In this document: piece by piece, positions 19,966 through 29,598 of the stretch
How the letters are laid out: each line of letters opens with the position of its first letter
Numbering within the stretch: position 1 is the stretch's first letter
Assembly: GCA_965222225.1 (NCBI GenBank)
Contig: CBDCTK010000002.1
Coordinates: 800,001-864,000, forward strand
Direction: 5' to 3'
DNA from: Candidatus Poribacteria bacterium
GTDB taxonomy: Bacteria > Poribacteria > WGA-4E > JAJDTR01
DNA: 64,000 nucleotides
The notes under the pieces: generated by a model
What the model saw: the letters and a program-made list of their open reading frames with translations, nothing else
Told to the model about the DNA's origin: nothing
Databases searched by the model: none
Position numbers and translations under genes: made by a program

Positions 19966-20020
19966 CTATGGGATCTACTATCGCCTTCGCTATTCGCTCA
20001 GTTGATCCTCCACGCCATCC
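19966..20020 (-). repeat. Degenerate partial copy of the ~92-bp dispersed repeat
   Basis: ctatggga…ctatcgc…tcgctattcgct…ttgatcc aligns by hand (about 39/48 nt) to the reverse complement of 54232-54323. Confidence 0.7.
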
Positions 20021-20079
20021 TCGAAATGTGAAGTTTATTTTCTAAGCGTGCTTGGAATAGGCATAAACCGAAATTGGCT

Positions 20080-21192
20080 CTACGATTGCCTTAGCTGTTT
20101 CAGTAGGTGTCTTGCTTTCAATTGTCGCCACAGGTTCACGCTAGCACTAAACAAAAAACCGAAGCCAATCAATCCTCCGGTTAGACCGGCAAGTGCATAC
20201 TCAGTCAGTGCCATTCCATACCACGCCCCGCCGATTAAGACTGCGGCAATGACAAAATCCTGTATGGAGTGCCTTCGCGCACGCGCTCGCACGATGTGTA
20301 GGTTTTTCAATTTCTGCTGTCTGATATACTTCGAGATTAACTCCAGCGAAACTTGAGGTACATAACGCCGTACTTCCTTCGGACTTGCACCTTGAGCGCA
20401 ACGAAATCCGATGTTATTAGCCACATAGTCTTGAGGTGCGTGGAGCCGGTTGGCACAGCGGAAATATTGTTCCGCGGTACGATCTCGAACTTCGAGCCAC
20501 GAGCCGCCTCGCAAAACCTTTTGCTTTGCACCATAGCCGCGTTCCCGGCGCCGGTTTTCGTTATTATATGGTCTGTACCAGTCCGCTGTCCATTCCCACA
20601 CATTACCTGCCATGTCGTCAGCGCCGTAGGGGCTTGACACTCTCGGTCGACTGCCGACAGGCGTGAGGTAGTCTGTAAGCAATTGTGTGATGAGACTGTT
20701 GTTTGTATTTTCTTTCACGCTGTTCGTCTCGTCTGCGAAGTTTGACGTTTCAAAATCATCCCCCCAAGGGTAAATGCGACCATCAATACCTCTAGCGGCT
20801 TTTTCCCATTCCGCCTCGGTAGGTAATCGTTTCCCCGCCCATTGTGCGTAAGCTGTGGCATCGTGCCAGTTGACGCCGATGATCGGCAGGTTTGCTTCTC
20901 CATGCCGTAATCTTGCGTCGTTCCAATGAGCGGGAGGAGGATGTTCAGTCGATTGAGTGAAACGTTCGTATTCCGCGTTGGTCACGGGATAGCGATCAAT
21001 ATAGTATGGTGCAAGGTTCACCGCGTGAATTGGAGATTCGTCAAGTTTGGCGTGTTTCGATCGTTCAAGCGCAGTGCCGTAAAATGGTTCAATGTCCGTG
21101 CCCATTATAAACGCGCCGGGCGGAATGAGAATTGCCTTAGTGGAGCGAGAGGAAGAACCGTCTTGAGTCTGGCTCATCGTCGATAGGTCCAT
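20080..21192 (-). CDS. FGE-sulfatase/SUMF1-domain protein with C-terminal TM hairpin
   Basis: IPPGAFIMG, YPVTNAEY, RLPTEAEWEKAARG, DMAGNVWEW, RGGSW, NIGFRC; two hydrophobic helices at C-terminus. Confidence 0.9.
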   Translation of the reverse strand: MDLSTMSQTQDGSSSRSTKAILIPPGAFIMGTDIEPFYGTALERSKHAKLDESPIHAVNLAPYYIDRYPVTNAEYERFTQSTEHPPPAHWNDARLRHGEANLPIIGVNWHDATAYAQWAGKRLPTEAEWEKAARGIDGRIYPWGDDFETSNFADETNSVKENTNNSLITQLLTDYLTPVGSRPRVSSPYGADDMAGNVWEWTADWYRPYNNENRRRERGYGAKQKVLRGGSWLEVRDRTAEQYFRCANRLHAPQDYVANNIGFRCAQGASPKEVRRYVPQVSLELISKYIRQQKLKNLHIVRARARRHSIQDFVIAAVLIGGAWYGMALTEYALAGLTGGLIGFGFLFSASVNLWRQLKARHLLKQLRQS

Positions 21193-21992
21193 TCGGATGT
21201 GGTATACTTGGATTGCGCCAAGGATTTAACTGCATCGAGTTCCTCGGTCGAAAGATCGGAAGCAACCAATAGAGTATTCGGCACTTCTTTAAAACCAGCG
21301 ATGACTGCGTCTTCAATCTGTTTACGATTCTTTGGGGAGTGCTGCTTGAGGTTAATTGCCGTTGATTTTTCGGTTAGAGTTTTTTGATAGTCGGGGAATT
21401 TCGACGCGAGTGTCAAAATCTCGGGAGGAGGCATATTGAGTGCGATATAGCCTTGATAAACACCGCCGACGCGATTTCGGCGCTGCGACACGCCCGCAAT
21501 TTTCTTTCCGTTAAGCATGACGTCATGCTCCGCGGGATTGGCGAGGCAAGTGTTCGGTCCAACCGCCGATGCCCTAGACTTGCTGCCTTGTAGTGTGGCG
21601 GGCACATGAATCTGATGAAACCCTTCAAGCAGGCGGTTAGCGATCCAACAGTAGGACGCGGATATATCACTGGGAATCACTCCGTTGCCATGGGGAACAA
21701 TAATCGAGTAGGTCACATCCCAACCATGAACAACTATACCACCACCGGTCATTCGGCGAACAAGCTCGACACCATGGCCTTCACATGTTTTTACGTCAAT
21801 TTCCGTGGTAATCTTTTGAAAGTATCCAAAGCTGAAGGCGGGTAGAGACCAGTCGTAGAGTCGCAACGTCGGCTGAGGGCAGGTTTCTTGTCGTAGCAGA
21901 ATGACCTCGTCGATTGCCATGTTTGTAGCAGCGTCATGCTTCCCTGTTTTGAGCAGTCGCCAGTTGGTATTCATATCGTCTTCGACTCCCAC
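21174..21992 (-). CDS. Lipoate-protein ligase / octanoyltransferase (LplA/LipM family)
   Basis: NMAIDE, LRLYDW…FSFGYFQ, VRRMTGGG, GKKIAGVSQRR. Confidence 0.9.
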   Translation of the reverse strand: MGVEDDMNTNWRLLKTGKHDAATNMAIDEVILLRQETCPQPTLRLYDWSLPAFSFGYFQKITTEIDVKTCEGHGVELVRRMTGGGIVVHGWDVTYSIIVPHGNGVIPSDISASYCWIANRLLEGFHQIHVPATLQGSKSRASAVGPNTCLANPAEHDVMLNGKKIAGVSQRRNRVGGVYQGYIALNMPPPEILTLASKFPDYQKTLTEKSTAINLKQHSPKNRKQIEDAVIAGFKEVPNTLLVASDLSTEELDAVKSLAQSKYTTSEWTYRR

Positions 21993-22034
21993 GGCATTGT
22001 GGCTAGTACATATCCGAGGAACCCCGGATTCTCA

Positions 22035-22063
22035 ATTGTATGATTCGTCAAAGAGTCTGTCAA
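22035..22063 (-). promoter_or_regulatory. Sigma70-type promoter for the lipoate ligase-FGE pair (TTGACA-17 bp-TACAAT)
   Basis: Minus strand reads ttgaca gactctttgacgaatca tacaat. Confidence 0.7.
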
Positions 22064-22151
22064 GCGATTGTTGACGGATAGATCGCTGTTTTTGGCTTTA
22101 TTCCAAATCGGCGTTATTGTACAATACTACATTATTTAACGAGATGGTTTA

Positions 22152-23038
22152 GAGCCTGTTTGAAAAGTCATTTGATTCGATTTCGCATCAAGTAAATGGA
22201 AGCGATGTAAACCATAGTTTCAGCGGTCTTAGGATAGCGTTCATAGTCCAAAGTCAATCGACGAAACCAACCAAACCAAGAAAATGTGCGCTCAACAATC
22301 CATCGTAACGGAACAACCTCAAACCCCTGTTGCCCTAGCGTAGGTGCAATCTCCAGTTGACACTGATGAGCCAGATATAACCAGTCTTCTAATTCGCCAC
22401 GATAGGCAGCATCGGCACACACCAACTGAATCGTTATGTACCAACTAAAGACTTCTGTTAGTAGTTCAATAGCTATCTGATTATCACTCACATTGGCGTC
22501 AGTGACCTTGACCATCAATCGAATACCCGTCGTATCCGTGACTAGATGTCGTTTGCGTCCTTTGACCTTCTTGTGACCATCAAACCCTCTAGTCGTTGCC
22601 AGTTCAGTCGTCTTAACTGATTGACTGTCAATGATAGCTACTGTCGGTGATGGTTCTTTGCCACCATCACGACGTGTTTGTTCATGAAGTGACTGATGAA
22701 TCAAGAGCCATGTATCGTCGGCTTTCCACTTTCTGAAATGGTAATAGACAGTTTGCCACGGTGGCATATCATGGGGTAGCATTCGCCACTGGCACCCTGA
22801 CTTGACGACATAAAAGATGGCGTTGATGATTAAGCACATCTCCCACTTGAGAGGTCTGCCTAAGGGTTGAGGTGTTGGCAAAAATGATGACAGTTTCTTG
22901 CACTGTGCATCGGTCAAATCGCTGGGATAACTCTTGCGGTTTATGTTTACTCCTTTCATTGGTTCAGAATTAACTGCTCCAATGAGTAAACGTAAACATC
23001 AACCGTTCGGACAACTTTTTTCTTTTTCAAACAGGCTC
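22152..23038 (-). mobile_element. IS5-family insertion sequence (IS1031-like), 887 bp, apparently intact
   Basis: Perfect 15-bp terminal IRs GAGCCTGTTTGAAAA (22152-22166) / TTTTCAAACAGGCTC (23024-23038); TTA flanks both sides (22149-22151, 23039-23041). Confidence 0.95.
22168..22959 (-). CDS. IS5-family DDE transposase
   Basis: YPSDLTD, GCQWRMLP, IIDSQSVK, KGRKRH, ADAAY, RWIVERTFSW. Confidence 0.95.
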   Translation of the reverse strand: MKGVNINRKSYPSDLTDAQCKKLSSFLPTPQPLGRPLKWEMCLIINAIFYVVKSGCQWRMLPHDMPPWQTVYYHFRKWKADDTWLLIHQSLHEQTRRDGGKEPSPTVAIIDSQSVKTTELATTRGFDGHKKVKGRKRHLVTDTTGIRLMVKVTDANVSDNQIAIELLTEVFSWYITIQLVCADAAYRGELEDWLYLAHQCQLEIAPTLGQQGFEVVPLRWIVERTFSWFGWFRRLTLDYERYPKTAETMVYIASIYLMRNRIK

Positions 23039-23130
23039 TTACACGTCGCAGCGCTCCGCGGATTGAGAACCTCATTAGTGAAGGCTTGGATTTGGAAATC
23101 CAGGCAGATTAAGCGGCTGAATAGGGAGTA

Positions 23131-23200
23131 GGACTTTCTATGAGCTCTATTGCACTCATTAACCATTCGCTTTATCCCTCACTATTTGTTCTGTTGATCG
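23131..23200 (-). repeat. Degenerate copy of the ~92-bp dispersed repeat
   Basis: tttctatg…ctctat…attcgctt…atccctcactat…gttc.gttgat matches the reverse complement of 35337-35428 and 54232-54323. Confidence 0.7.
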
Positions 23201-23429
23201 ATAGAGTTCCTCGCGGGAAACAATTAGGAGCGTCTCACATCTGCCTGACCAATTCAGTTGTTGTATAATACCGAAGTGCCAGTTCCTTAACGAGAACTAC
23301 GGATTCAGAGTTTATCAGTATAGCTAAACCTCGGAGCGCCGTAGCTTTCAAAATGGACAATGAAAGTGAATTGCTGATTCTTGCACCGTGCAAATTTACA
23401 GCCACGGTTCGACCGTGCTAAGGAAAAAA

Positions 23430-24665
23430 ATGAATGTCGAACAACTAGAAGGAAAAACTATTGGCGCAGCCGTTTCGGGAGGACTTGATAGCTGCACGAT
23501 TACGCGGTGGCTAGTTGATCGTGGTGTTAACGTAGTGTGTTTCACCGCCGATCTTGGTCAACCGGATGAAAAAAACGTTGACGAAATACGAGAACGGATG
23601 CTGGCATCCGGTGCGAAAGAATTCGTAATTGTTAATGCCAAAGATGCGCTAGCCAAGGCTGGAGTGAAGGTCATCCAATGTCAAGCCATGTACGAGGGAG
23701 GCTATTGGAATACAACCGGAATCGCGCGCCATATCACGGTGAAAGCTTTGCTACCGGAGATGCTCAAACGTGGAATAACTATTCTCGGACATGGGTGCAC
23801 TGGCAGAGGCAATGATCAGGTGCGATTTCAACTCGCGGCGAACATGCTAAATCCCGAGGTCACTGTGTATGCGCCTTGGCGAGATTCGGCTTTCTTAGAT
23901 GAGTTTGGCGGTAGGAAGGAGATGATTGATTTCTGCAATGCGCGGGGGCTTCCCATCACCGCCACGCACGAAAAACCCTATTCTACCGATGCAAATCTAC
24001 TTGGCTTAACGCACGAAGCTGGAAGGTTGGAGTCGCTTAAAACGCCTGCCAGGTTCATCACACCCGGAATGGGAATCCACCCCGAGGATGCTCCAGACGA
24101 GGTTGAGTATTTTACCGTAGCCTTTACGAGAGGGATACCCGTGGAAATTAACGGAAGTCCAACGACGCCGCTGCAGGCTATTTTGGAAGCGAACCGAATC
24201 GGGGGGAGAAACGGAGTAGGTATAGGCATCCACACGGTCGAGAATCGATTTGTAGGGATAAAGAGCCGAGGGGTTTATGAGTCGCCCGGGATGGAATTGC
24301 TTGGAAAGTGCTACGAGTATCTGCTTCAACTCATTCTGGACAGACGTGCGCGGCGCGTGTTCAATCAGGTATCAGACACGGTTGCAGAGCAGATTTATCA
24401 AGGGTATTGGTTTGACCCATCCACGCAATCATTGCTTGCGTCAATCGAGCCATTCACGCGACTGGTTCAAGGAACAATTACGGTGGGATTGTATAAAGGC
24501 AATGTCTCGTTTCACGCGGCGGGTGGAGTTCCTCACTCAATCTACTCCGAGGAAACCGCTTCAATGGAGGCAGTCGGGGACTTCGATCATGCCGACTCCG
24601 AAGGATTTGTGTCGGTACTCGGAGTCGGAGCTAGGGCTTTGGCTGTGGGCGGGCAAATTGAGTAA
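23430..24665 (+). CDS. argG: Argininosuccinate synthase
   Basis: SGGLDS, HGCTGRGNDQVRF, YSTDANL, VENRFVGIKSRGVYESPG. Confidence 0.96.
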   Translation: MNVEQLEGKTIGAAVSGGLDSCTITRWLVDRGVNVVCFTADLGQPDEKNVDEIRERMLASGAKEFVIVNAKDALAKAGVKVIQCQAMYEGGYWNTTGIARHITVKALLPEMLKRGITILGHGCTGRGNDQVRFQLAANMLNPEVTVYAPWRDSAFLDEFGGRKEMIDFCNARGLPITATHEKPYSTDANLLGLTHEAGRLESLKTPARFITPGMGIHPEDAPDEVEYFTVAFTRGIPVEINGSPTTPLQAILEANRIGGRNGVGIGIHTVENRFVGIKSRGVYESPGMELLGKCYEYLLQLILDRRARRVFNQVSDTVAEQIYQGYWFDPSTQSLLASIEPFTRLVQGTITVGLYKGNVSFHAAGGVPHSIYSEETASMEAVGDFDHADSEGFVSVLGVGARALAVGGQIE

Positions 24666-24930
24666 GGATTATTGGAGCCACACCGCTATCTTATACGGTT
24701 TCAGCAGCTAAATGTTACACCTCTCCACAACGCCCAATGAATTGCGCTTCTACAAACACCTTCTGCTTGTAACTTATTGGTTACGAATTAGTTTTAGAAA
24801 ATGAGAGAACGCATTCCATCAGTTCCGCCGAGCATGCAATATCATCGGCGAACGCCACTTCGCATGTACGTCGGATATTGATATCCGTGTTTGGTTGCCT
24901 TGATGGGTTGTGGAGCGATGGCAGCAGAGA

Positions 24931-26940
24931 TTAAATTAGGTCCGGATCGGCGATGATTTCAACCATACTCGGACCGTCGTGAGAGAGGGCGTCCGTTAAG
25001 GCACGGTCTAAGTCGTCTTGGTTAGTGACGCGAATGCCTACCGCGCCACAGATGTTAGCGTATTCCGCAAAGTTCGGATTGTGCAGCGAGGTTTGCCAAA
25101 CATCCCAATGTCCGGCGCGCTGCTCTTTGGTGATTTTCCCAAGTTGGTTGTTGTTTAGCAGAATGTGAGTGATGTTCATGCCGTATTTAACCGCGGTGGT
25201 AAGTTCAGCCATGTATTGTCCGAAACCACCATCGCCGGAAACCGCAATCACGCGCCCACCTTTGTAGCGCGGATCGTTTTCTCGAGTTGCGGCAAACGCG
25301 CCTATCGCCGCCGGATACGCGAAACCGATCGAGCCCAAGTACCCGGACATAAGAATTGATTGCCGCGTGCATTCGAAATACCGACCAAATGAGTAGGCGT
25401 TGTTTCCGACGTCCACAGCGATGATTGCATCATCGGGTAGTTGCCTGTTCATGGCTGCAAAGACAGACGCGGAGTTGATTCCTTTTCCGCGGGTCTCAAG
25501 TAGCCGTCGTTCTTTCTCGGTTCTCCAGATTTTCCAACGCTCAGCAATTTCCGGACGTTGATTTATTGTGTCAGTCTTTCCAGTGAGGGCGTTAGAGAGT
25601 AGTTCCATCGTAACACCAATTTCTCCCCAGACAGGTACATCAACGGCGTGAAATTTGCCCAATGTCATTGCGTCAAAGTCAACTTGGATGGTCGGCTTTT
25701 TGTCCGTAATACCAGTATGGTTGCTGAAACTGGCGCCGAGTACGAGCAAGCAGTCAGATTCGTTCATAAACCAACTGGCGATTGGCGTGCCGCTCCGACC
25801 AAGAACACCGCAACCGAGCGGGTGTTTGTCAGAGATTAATCCCTTGCCTTTGAAGGTGGTAATTATCGGGCAATCGAGTATTTCGGCGAAGGCAGTAATT
25901 TCGGGCATATTGAAACGAGCGCCGTGTCCCACGATGATGACAGGCCTTCTTGAGTTTCGGAGCATGTCAATGGCTTTCTGCAGAGAATCCTCCGGGGGAG
26001 AGATTGCCCGTAGTGTAACTCGTCCTTCAGGAGAACCGGCTTCAGCACCTTCCGCCGCGGGTAGGGTCTGCACTTCATCCGGAAAGATTAAGTGTGAGAC
26101 TCCACGATTTAGTATGGCACTTTTGCATGCGAGGGTCATGAGCTCGGCATGTTTGCTGGTATGCAGCACGGATTGTGTCCACTGGGCGACTTTGCCGTAT
26201 GCCGCCTGTAAATCAATCTCCTGAAAGGCGCCGGGTCCGAGGACCTGAGTGTCAACTTGGCCGGTCAGCGCCCATCTTGGCGCCCGGTCAACGTTGGCGT
26301 CCCAAAGCCCCGTCAGTAAATTTGTCGCCCCGGGACCCGCGATTCCAAGGCAGGCAGCCGGCCGTCCTGTCAGTTTGCCGTATGCCGATGCGGCGAACGA
26401 TGCGGCGCCTTCATGGCGAATCCCGATATAAGTCAACTTACCGGCTTCCTCCTGCTCCCGTAATGCGTCAGCCAATCCCAGATTGGAGTGGCCAACCATG
26501 CCGAACACGTGGCGTACTCCCCAATTAACCATCGTTTCTACTATCACATCGGATACTGTACGAATTCGTGGTTGTTCCGGCGCTAATCCGACATAGATGC
26601 CGTCTGATTTTTCTTGCACCGGATAAGTTTCGACTCCATCATCATAACCACCAAGAGGTTTACCGGTAAGTGGGTGGAAATCCCATCCATGCCATGGACA
26701 TCGCAACCATCCCTGCTCTATAGATCCTTCGCCTAACGGACCACCTTGATGTGGACACTTGTTGTCGAGTGCTGCATACTTCCCTTCAAATCGAGTCATG
26801 CAGAACGTCTTGTGCGCACAGGTAATCGATTTAACACGTCCCTCGGGTAACTCATCAATGTCGAGCGCTTTATACCAAATCCGTCCTGCCTCCTCGGTGT
26901 TCACGCCTGCTTCCGTTTCTTCTCTTTTTTCGTGTTCCAT
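24931..26940 (-). CDS. Rieske [2Fe-2S]-fused TPP-dependent enzyme (pyruvate oxidase/dehydrogenase-like)
   Basis: N-terminal CPHQGGPL…CPWH Rieske motif; IRHEGAASF, GPGATN, GDGGFG…NN TPP motif; ATG 26940 after GGAGAGGAG. Confidence 0.92.
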   Translation of the reverse strand: MEHEKREETEAGVNTEEAGRIWYKALDIDELPEGRVKSITCAHKTFCMTRFEGKYAALDNKCPHQGGPLGEGSIEQGWLRCPWHGWDFHPLTGKPLGGYDDGVETYPVQEKSDGIYVGLAPEQPRIRTVSDVIVETMVNWGVRHVFGMVGHSNLGLADALREQEEAGKLTYIGIRHEGAASFAASAYGKLTGRPAACLGIAGPGATNLLTGLWDANVDRAPRWALTGQVDTQVLGPGAFQEIDLQAAYGKVAQWTQSVLHTSKHAELMTLACKSAILNRGVSHLIFPDEVQTLPAAEGAEAGSPEGRVTLRAISPPEDSLQKAIDMLRNSRRPVIIVGHGARFNMPEITAFAEILDCPIITTFKGKGLISDKHPLGCGVLGRSGTPIASWFMNESDCLLVLGASFSNHTGITDKKPTIQVDFDAMTLGKFHAVDVPVWGEIGVTMELLSNALTGKTDTINQRPEIAERWKIWRTEKERRLLETRGKGINSASVFAAMNRQLPDDAIIAVDVGNNAYSFGRYFECTRQSILMSGYLGSIGFAYPAAIGAFAATRENDPRYKGGRVIAVSGDGGFGQYMAELTTAVKYGMNITHILLNNNQLGKITKEQRAGHWDVWQTSLHNPNFAEYANICGAVGIRVTNQDDLDRALTDALSHDGPSMVEIIADPDLI

Positions 26941-27051
26941 GATTCTACTCCTCTCCACTATTTTGAACTCTGATTCCAGATCGACAAGACGCAACTCACC
27001 CTATGCCTAAAACATTGAACCCATAGATGTTCAACCGCGTAAGTCCCACTC

Positions 27052-28407
27052 TCAATATCCCAAACGCTTTGATGTTTCTTCAATGGCATCTCTTAGCACA
27101 TTTACGACAACATATACATCATTTTCGTTTATGGTAAAGGGTGGGCTGATAGCGATGTGGTCACCACTGACGCCGTTAACCAGACCTGGTGCACCGGGCA
27201 TGACCAATACGCCTCTATCGAAGGCAGAATCTACAATCATTGAAGTCACATCCTTTGAGGCATCAAACGGCGTACCCTTGTCCTTGTTGGCAACAAACTC
27301 CATTCCAATGAGTAGTCCCTTTCCACGGACTTCCCCAACTATTGGCAAATTTTGCAAGTCACGGAGCTTGTCGAGCATTAACTTACCCATCTCTGCACAC
27401 CGTGACACGAGATTGTGTTTCTGAATGAAGTTTTGTACGGCAAGGGCAACAGCACAGGAGAGCGGATTTCCTCCATAGGTATGGCCGTGTGTAAACGATA
27501 TTGACTTCGAGTAAATTGCGTCATATATCCTTTCATGTGCGATAGTAGCGGCAATAGGCGTGTATCCGCTGCTTAGTCCTTTTCCCGTAGCCATGATGTC
27601 GGGAGTCACTCCCCAGTGGTCAATACCAAAGTTAAGACCTGTGCGTCCAAATCCGGTCACAACCTCATCAATAATCAGCAGAACGTTATGTCGATTGCAT
27701 ATTTCTTGAATTGCGGGATAGTAATCGGGCGGTGGTGTGACGCCGGCAGCGGAAGTTCCTAGAATTGGTTCGGCGATGAATGCGGAGATGTACTCGCTTC
27801 CCTCTTGGGTGATTACCCGATCAAGTTCGTCAGCACAACTGAGGTGACAGTCGGGGTGAGTTTGTCCGTAGGGACAACGGTAGCAGAACGGCGGCGGAAT
27901 GTGTGGAAAGTCGAGAAGGTATGGAACATAGTCCTTGCGCCAAGGCGTCCGTCCAGACATCGAAAGCGCGCCAATCGTGTTTCCGTGCCAGCTCTGCCAT
28001 CGTGATATCACCTTATATTTCTTGGGATTTCCAGTTTCAATATGGTACTTACGCGCGATTTTCAAAGCGGCTTCAGTCGCTTCCGATCCGCCTGAGACAT
28101 AGAATACTCTGGATAGCCCTTCCGGCGTGAGTTCTGTGATTTTCTCGGCAAGATCGACTTGGGCTTGGGTAAGAAAACGTCCGTATGTGAAACAGACTTT
28201 ACTTGCCTGTTCTTCCATAGCGTCTACCACTTCTTTAACGCCGTGGCCGATACTCACAACGTGGACACCCGCGGCTGCATCAAGATAGCGTTTTCCTTCA
28301 GTGTCAAAGAGATAGATGCCATCACCGTGTGTAATGTATTGCCAATCCTTTTTGAGTGTCCTGTGAAAAATGCGGTCTCCGTCCGGGATTTCAAGCATAT
28401 ATGTCAC
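27052..28407 (-). CDS. Class III PLP aminotransferase
   Basis: GKRYLD, SGGSEATE, SWHGNT, AEPI, DEVVTGFGRTG, KGLSSGY, HGHTYGG. Confidence 0.93.
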   Translation of the reverse strand: MTYMLEIPDGDRIFHRTLKKDWQYITHGDGIYLFDTEGKRYLDAAAGVHVVSIGHGVKEVVDAMEEQASKVCFTYGRFLTQAQVDLAEKITELTPEGLSRVFYVSGGSEATEAALKIARKYHIETGNPKKYKVISRWQSWHGNTIGALSMSGRTPWRKDYVPYLLDFPHIPPPFCYRCPYGQTHPDCHLSCADELDRVITQEGSEYISAFIAEPILGTSAAGVTPPPDYYPAIQEICNRHNVLLIIDEVVTGFGRTGLNFGIDHWGVTPDIMATGKGLSSGYTPIAATIAHERIYDAIYSKSISFTHGHTYGGNPLSCAVALAVQNFIQKHNLVSRCAEMGKLMLDKLRDLQNLPIVGEVRGKGLLIGMEFVANKDKGTPFDASKDVTSMIVDSAFDRGVLVMPGAPGLVNGVSGDHIAISPPFTINENDVYVVVNVLRDAIEETSKRLGY

Positions 28408-28465
28408 CTTAATGATTAGGCAATTTTTGGTGGCTGCATCTCGGCTAAAGTAGCGTTGTCCTCAT

Positions 28466-29422
28466 TTATCCTACTATCGACTTCAGTGTTCCAGTGTCAA
28501 TGTTAGCACCGCTCATTACCATCACGACGTTCTGATTTCTTAGCTCGGTTTTCAGCTTGTGCGCAGCCGCAATTGGGGCTGCTGCCGCTGGTTCTGCCAA
28601 GTTGTGCGTGTATCGTAACGCCATTCGAACGGCTTCTTGAATTTCGTCCTCGCTCACCAAGACGATTTGGTGGATCCCTTTCCTAAGAATTGACAGAGGA
28701 AGCTCGAATGGTACGCGCGTGGCTAGCCCATCCGCAATAGTTTCACATGAGTTGGTTTGGACTGGCTTCCCTGCCTTCCATGAGAGGTAGATTGCCGGCG
28801 CATTTTCCGCCTGGACACCGATAATCTTTGCCTCGGGGTGAATTGCGCGTGCTACGGTAATCGCGCCGCACGATCCGCTACCTCCTCCGATTGGCACGAT
28901 AACCACGTCCGGGTTCGGAAGTTCCTCGAAAATTTCAAGGGAGTATGTCCCCACGCCATGAAATAGCGCAGGTTCTACACAAGGATTCAAATAGTAGAGT
29001 CCACGCTCGGCTTGCAAGTTTTCACAAAACTCACGTGCCTCATCAAAGTCAGCCCCATGTTCGATGAGCTCCGCACCATAGGCACGCATCGCACTGTTCT
29101 TTTCAGGATTGTTCCCGTATGGGACAACGATTGTGGTGTGAACTCCAAATTCCCTTCCGGCAAAGGCTATCGACTGTCCATGATTTCCCCTCGTGACCGT
29201 GATTACGCCGCGCGCCTTCTGTTCATCCGGAAGCTGTGCCATGAAGTTCAAACCCCCCCGAATCTTGAAACTCCCGGTTGGCAGATGATTTTCATGTTTG
29301 ATGTGGGCGTTGAAACCGAGGAAGGTAGATAGCTCAGGGTATGGGATTAATGGAGTGGGCTTTAGAAACCGGTAGACAATACGGCGTGCTGCGATGATGC
29401 CTTGAAATGTAACCAAATTCAA
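28466..29422 (-). CDS. Threonine/serine dehydratase-racemase family PLP enzyme
   Basis: KHENHLPTGSFKIRG, TRGNHGQS, VPIGGGSG, TIADG, SGAN; TTG start at 29422 after AAGGGAG. Confidence 0.92.
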   Translation of the reverse strand: MNLVTFQGIIAARRIVYRFLKPTPLIPYPELSTFLGFNAHIKHENHLPTGSFKIRGGLNFMAQLPDEQKARGVITVTRGNHGQSIAFAGREFGVHTTIVVPYGNNPEKNSAMRAYGAELIEHGADFDEAREFCENLQAERGLYYLNPCVEPALFHGVGTYSLEIFEELPNPDVVIVPIGGGSGSCGAITVARAIHPEAKIIGVQAENAPAIYLSWKAGKPVQTNSCETIADGLATRVPFELPLSILRKGIHQIVLVSEDEIQEAVRMALRYTHNLAEPAAAAPIAAAHKLKTELRNQNVVMVMSGANIDTGTLKSIVG

Positions 29423-29598
29423 AGGAATCTCCCTTGTAAGTAGCCTTGATGTTTGGTACAATAATAGCAGCGCTTGAGAATGCTGTCAACCCAATACGTT
29501 TTGGCATAGACATGTGGTTTCATTTGACGTATATCGCTGCGAAAGAAGTGGTTGAGGCCTCTAAGACTTCACTAGCTGTGCCGGCAAAGAGGGTACAA

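Noticed and set aside
24820-24890. Hairpins between convergent argG and the Rieske-TPP gene (for example CGGATAT-TG-ATATCCG)
   Set aside because: No clear U-tract and short stems; cannot be called a terminator or ncRNA with confidence.
26268-26290. Odd residues in conserved positions (RAPRWALTGQ in the TPP enzyme; similar single oddities in fba and the halogenase)
   Set aside because: Isolated substitutions that may be natural drift or base-call errors; no pattern that can be supported without reads.
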